Positions 60,945-64,000 of a stretch of DNA of 64,000 nucleotides are shown here, piece after piece. The stretch spans positions 27,256 to 91,255 of the forward strand of contig CAWDAF010000007.1 of assembly GCA_963800225.1 (NCBI GenBank). Reading direction: 5' to 3'. The stretch comes from an uncultured Actinomycetota bacterium. Lineage in GTDB: Bacteria; Actinomycetota; Actinomycetes; Propionibacteriales; Nocardioidaceae. The position numbers were made by a program, and so were the translations under genes. Numbering within the stretch: the first letter of the stretch is position 1; each line of letters opens with the position of its first letter. Below the pieces are notes generated by a model, which was not told where the DNA came from, did not search any database, and saw only the letters and a program-made list of their open reading frames with translations.

Positions 60945-62447
60945 GTGACCAACCTCGCCCACATCCTGACCGCCACGGCCCAGCAGCACGGCGACCGTCC
61001 GGCCGTCCGTCTCGACGACCTGGTGATCAGCTACGACCAGCTGCTCGACGGGGCCCGCCGGGTCACCGCGATGCTGCAGTCGCACGGAGTCGGTCCCGGC
61101 GACCGGGTGGGCCTGGTGCTGCCGAACGTGCCACCGTTCCCCGTGCTGTTCTTCGGCGCGCTGGGCGCCGGCGCGGTCGTGGTCCCGATGAACCCGCTGC
61201 TCAAGGCCCGCGAGGTGAAGTACTACCTCGAGGACTCCGGCGCCTCGATCGTGTTCGCCTGGCACGCGATGGCCGACGAGGCCGCCAAGGCCGCCGAGAC
61301 CGTGGGCATCGACTGTGTCTCGGTCGACCCCGACGACTTCCTCGACCTGCTGGCGCAGCACGAGCCGGTCGAGGAGATCGCCGAGCGCGACGACGAGGAC
61401 ACGGTCGTGCTGCTCTACACCTCGGGCACCACCGGCCAGCCCAAGGGCGCCGAGCTCACCCACGCGAACATGACGACCAACGCCGAGGTCAGCTCCGAGA
61501 CGCTGATCGAGATCACGTCCGACGACGTGGTGATGGGCTGCCTGCCGCTGTTCCACTGCTTCGGCCTGACCTGCGGCCTCAACGCCGCGGTGGCCACCGG
61601 CGCCTGCCTGACCCTGATCCCCCGGTTCGACGCCACCAAGGCGCTCGAGGTGATCGGCCGCGACCAGGTCACCGTCTTCGAGGGCGTCCCCACCATGTAC
61701 GCCGGCATGCTGCACGTCGAGGACGCCACGTCGTACGACGTCTCCAGCCTGCGCACCTGCATCTCGGGCGGCTCGGCGATGCCGGTCGAGGTGATGAAGA
61801 ACTTCGAGGACACCTTCGGCTGCATGGTCCTCGAGGGCTACGGCCTGTCCGAGACGTCGCCGGTGGCGTCGTTCAACCGCCCCGACATCGCGCGCAAGCC
61901 TGGCTCGATCGGGGTCCCGGTGCGCGGGGTGGAGATGAAGCTGGTGGACGACGACGGCAAGGACGTCGCCCAGGGGGACGTCGGCGAGATCGCCATCCGC
62001 GGGGAGAACGTCATGAAGGGCTACTGGAGGCGTGAGGACGCGACCCGGGAGGCCATCCCGGACGGCTGGTTCCGCAGCGGCGACATGGCCAAGCAGGACG
62101 AGGAGGGCTACTTCTTCATCGTCGACCGCAAGAAGGACCTGATCATCCGCGGCGGCTACAACGTCTACCCCCGCGAGGTGGAAGAGGCGCTCTACGAGCA
62201 CCCGGACGTGGCCGAGGTGGCCGTGGTCGGCATCCCGCACGACGACCTGGGCGAGGAGGTCGGCGCCGCGGTCGCGCTCAAGCCGGGCAAGAAGGTCAGC
62301 GAGGACGAGCTGCGCGACTTCGCCAAGGAGCGGCTGGCCGCCTACAAGTACCCGCGGCACCTCTGGGTCGTCGAGGAGCTGCCCAAGGGACCGACCGGCA
62401 AGATCCTGCGCCGCGAGGTCAGCGCCCCGGAGAAGGAGACGTCATGA
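60945..62447 (+). CDS. fadD: Long-chain fatty-acid--CoA ligase (AMP-binding family)
   Basis: Track ORF of 500 aa. GTG 60945 follows a [46 protein letters not shown]. Confidence 0.9.
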   Translation: MTNLAHILTATAQQHGDRPAVRLDDLVISYDQLLDGARRVTAMLQSHGVGPGDRVGLVLPNVPPFPVLFFGALGAGAVVVPMNPLLKAREVKYYLEDSGASIVFAWHAMADEAAKAAETVGIDCVSVDPDDFLDLLAQHEPVEEIAERDDEDTVVLLYTSGTTGQPKGAELTHANMTTNAEVSSETLIEITSDDVVMGCLPLFHCFGLTCGLNAAVATGACLTLIPRFDATKALEVIGRDQVTVFEGVPTMYAGMLHVEDATSYDVSSLRTCISGGSAMPVEVMKNFEDTFGCMVLEGYGLSETSPVASFNRPDIARKPGSIGVPVRGVEMKLVDDDGKDVAQGDVGEIAIRGENVMKGYWRREDATREAIPDGWFRSGDMAKQDEEGYFFIVDRKKDLIIRGGYNVYPREVEEALYEHPDVAEVAVVGIPHDDLGEEVGAAVALKPGKKVSEDELRDFAKERLAAYKYPRHLWVVEELPKGPTGKILRREVSAPEKETS

Positions 62448-64000
62448 GCACCACCGAGACCGCGGCCCAGCAGGCCGACCAGCGGATGCGTGAGGTCGAC
62501 GAGGGCCCGGACGCCTCCGACGCGGCCACCCCGCTCGACCTGTTGCTGAGCGACGCGACGCGCAGCCCGTTGCGCCGGTTCCTGCCCGGCATGTCCGGGG
62601 TGCGGTTCACCGCGGGCCTGGCCAGGCATCCGGGCCGGGTCGCCGGTCGCACCGGAGCCCTGGTCGCCGAGCTGGCCAAGGTCGGCGTCGGCCGCTCCGA
62701 GCTCGCCCCGCACGAGAAGGACCGCCGCTTCACCGAGGAGGGCTGGTCGCGCAACCCGCTGCTCAAGCGCACCCTCCAGTACTACCTGGCGGTCGGCGGG
62801 GCGGCCCGGGGCCTGGTCGAGGACGCCGAGCTCGACTGGGGCGACGACCAGCGGATGGGCTTCATCGTCGACAACCTCGTCGAGGCGTCGGCCCCCAGCA
62901 ACAACCCGTTCCTGAACCCGAAGGTGCTCAAGCGGGTGATCGACACCGGCGGGGGCAACCTCGTGGAGGGCAGTCGCCGCTTCGTGCGCGACTTCGCCAC
63001 CGCCCCGCGGGTGCCGTCGATGGTCGAGCCCGACGCTTTCGAGGTGGGCACCGACATCGCGGTCACGCCCGGCGCCGTGGTGCTGCGCACCGAGATGTTC
63101 GAGCTGATCCAGTACACCCCGCAGACCGCGAAGGTCCGGACCACCCCCCTGCTGATCGTGCCGCCCACGATCAACAAGTACTACGTCATCGACCTCGCCG
63201 AGCAGCGCAGCCTGGTCGAGCACCTGGTGGCCAACGGCCAGCAGGTCTTCTGCATCTCCTGGCGCAACCCCGACAGCCGGCACGCCGACTGGGGGGTGGA
63301 CAGCTACGGCCAGGCGATCATCGAGGCGATGGACGCCAGCCAGAAGATCTCCCGGTCCGACCAGGTGGCGATCTTCGGGATCTGCTCGGGCGGCATGCTC
63401 AGCTCGATGGTGCTGGCGCACCTCGCCGAGGTCGGCGACCTCGACCGGGTCGCGGCGTTCAGCCTGGCGGTGACCGTCCTGGACCAGGAGCAGGCCGGGC
63501 TGCCCAGCGCGCTGCTGTCGCGCAAGGCGGCCGCCGCCTCGGTGAAGGCGTCCCAGGAGAAGGGCTACCTCGACGGACGGGTGCTCGCGGAGGTGTTCGC
63601 CTGGCTGCGTCCCAACGACCTGATCTGGAACTACTGGGTCAACAACTACCTGCTCGGCCACGCCCCCAAGGCCTTCGACATCCTGTACTGGAACGCCGAC
63701 CCGGTCCGGATGACCGCGGCCATGCACCGCGACTTCATGGACCTGGCGATCTCCAACGGGCTCACCAGGCCCGGCGCCGCCCGGATGCTCGGCAGCGACC
63801 TGGACCTCGGCAAGGTGGACACCGACGCGTACGTCGTGGCCGGCATCGCGGACCACCTGTGCAAGTGGGAGTCGTGCTACCGCACCACCCAGCTCCTCGG
63901 CGGGGACACCAAGTTCGTGCTGTCGACGAGCGGCCACATCGCCTCGATGGTCAACCCGCCCGGCAACCCCAAGGCGACCTTCCAGACCGCGGCCGAGAAC
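62444..64000 (+). CDS. phaC: Class I poly(R)-hydroxyalkanoate synthase PhaC, N-terminal roughly 520 aa; continues beyond the right edge
   Basis: Absent from the track because there is no stop in the window. Hand translation from ATG 62444 (ATGA overlap with the fadD stop): ...[25 protein letters not shown]..., [11 protein letters not shown], and lipase box [10 protein letters not shown]. Confidence 0.8.
   Translation, partial: MSTTETAAQQADQRMREVDEGPDASDAATPLDLLLSDATRSPLRRFLPGMSGVRFTAGLARHPGRVAGRTGALVAELAKVGVGRSELAPHEKDRRFTEEGWSRNPLLKRTLQYYLAVGGAARGLVEDAELDWGDDQRMGFIVDNLVEASAPSNNPFLNPKVLKRVIDTGGGNLVEGSRRFVRDFATAPRVPSMVEPDAFEVGTDIAVTPGAVVLRTEMFELIQYTPQTAKVRTTPLLIVPPTINKYYVIDLAEQRSLVEHLVANGQQVFCISWRNPDSRHADWGVDSYGQAIIEAMDASQKISRSDQVAIFGICSGGMLSSMVLAHLAEVGDLDRVAAFSLAVTVLDQEQAGLPSALLSRKAAAASVKASQEKGYLDGRVLAEVFAWLRPNDLIWNYWVNNYLLGHAPKAFDILYWNADPVRMTAAMHRDFMDLAISNGLTRPGAARMLGSDLDLGKVDTDAYVVAGIADHLCKWESCYRTTQLLGGDTKFVLSTSGHIASMVNPPGNPKATFQTAAEN

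Noticed and set aside
60600-63937. Long minus-strand ORFs 60600..62360 (586 aa) and 62342..63937 (531 aa)
   Set aside because: They are antisense to the fadD-like and phaC genes, whose plus-strand translations carry AMP-binding and PHA-synthase signatures.
1-64000. Search for tRNA, rRNA, transposase, integrase, phage or toxin-antitoxin genes
   Set aside because: I found no T-arm or anticodon-arm-like structures and no rRNA-like low-GC3 non-coding blocks. Apart from the repeat arrays, every gap longer than 100 bp looks like an ordinary promoter or terminator region.

Overview
This is a 64-kb stretch of a very GC-rich actinobacterial chromosome. The taxon is a guess: gene content and order look like a Nocardioides-type Propionibacteriales genome. 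I call about 70 tightly packed protein-coding genes, many joined by ATGA or GTGA start/stop overlaps. Most are housekeeping genes. From memory, they fall into blocks syntenic with M. tuberculosis: adnA/adnB ... ATL, moeZ, TetR, DUF3107, rhlE, parA-like, gpm2 (Rv3201c-Rv3214); citE/fadE/maoC (Rv2498c-Rv2500c); mrp-tatB-htrA-rseA-sigE-OMT (Rv1229c-Rv1220c); dapE/dapD; dapC/fdx; mshB. Three coding stretches are missing from the ORF track because their frames have no stop inside the window, and I translated them by hand: a UvrD-like helicase (1..875 -), the N-terminal half of the AdnA-like helicase-nuclease (about 2760..4265 -), and a PHA synthase (62444..64000 +). I saw no rRNA, tRNA, CRISPR array, transposase, integrase or phage gene. 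The items worth a second look are these. (1) An island of two inverted paralogous LicD-methyltransferase fusion genes, each coupled to a small coiled-coil ORF, plus a sulfotransferase, wedged into the otherwise conserved citE-fadE-maoC acyl-CoA operon. (2) An intergenic repeat family with core CGAGTCGGCGCGAACGCAC, arrayed in strict 32-bp register at three loci, including a head-to-head palindromic array and a MITE-like bracket. (3) A triplicated 17-nt stop/start junction that creates a relay of two 6-codon mini-ORFs in front of moxR. (4) A roughly 95-nt composite inverted repeat between convergent genes. (5) An orphan di-heme cytochrome b operon with two unknown membrane partners. (6) A frame switch inside the AdnA-like gene. 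Apart from the LicD island and the repeat elements, the window looks like ordinary core genome. None of the novelty claims could be checked against databases here.
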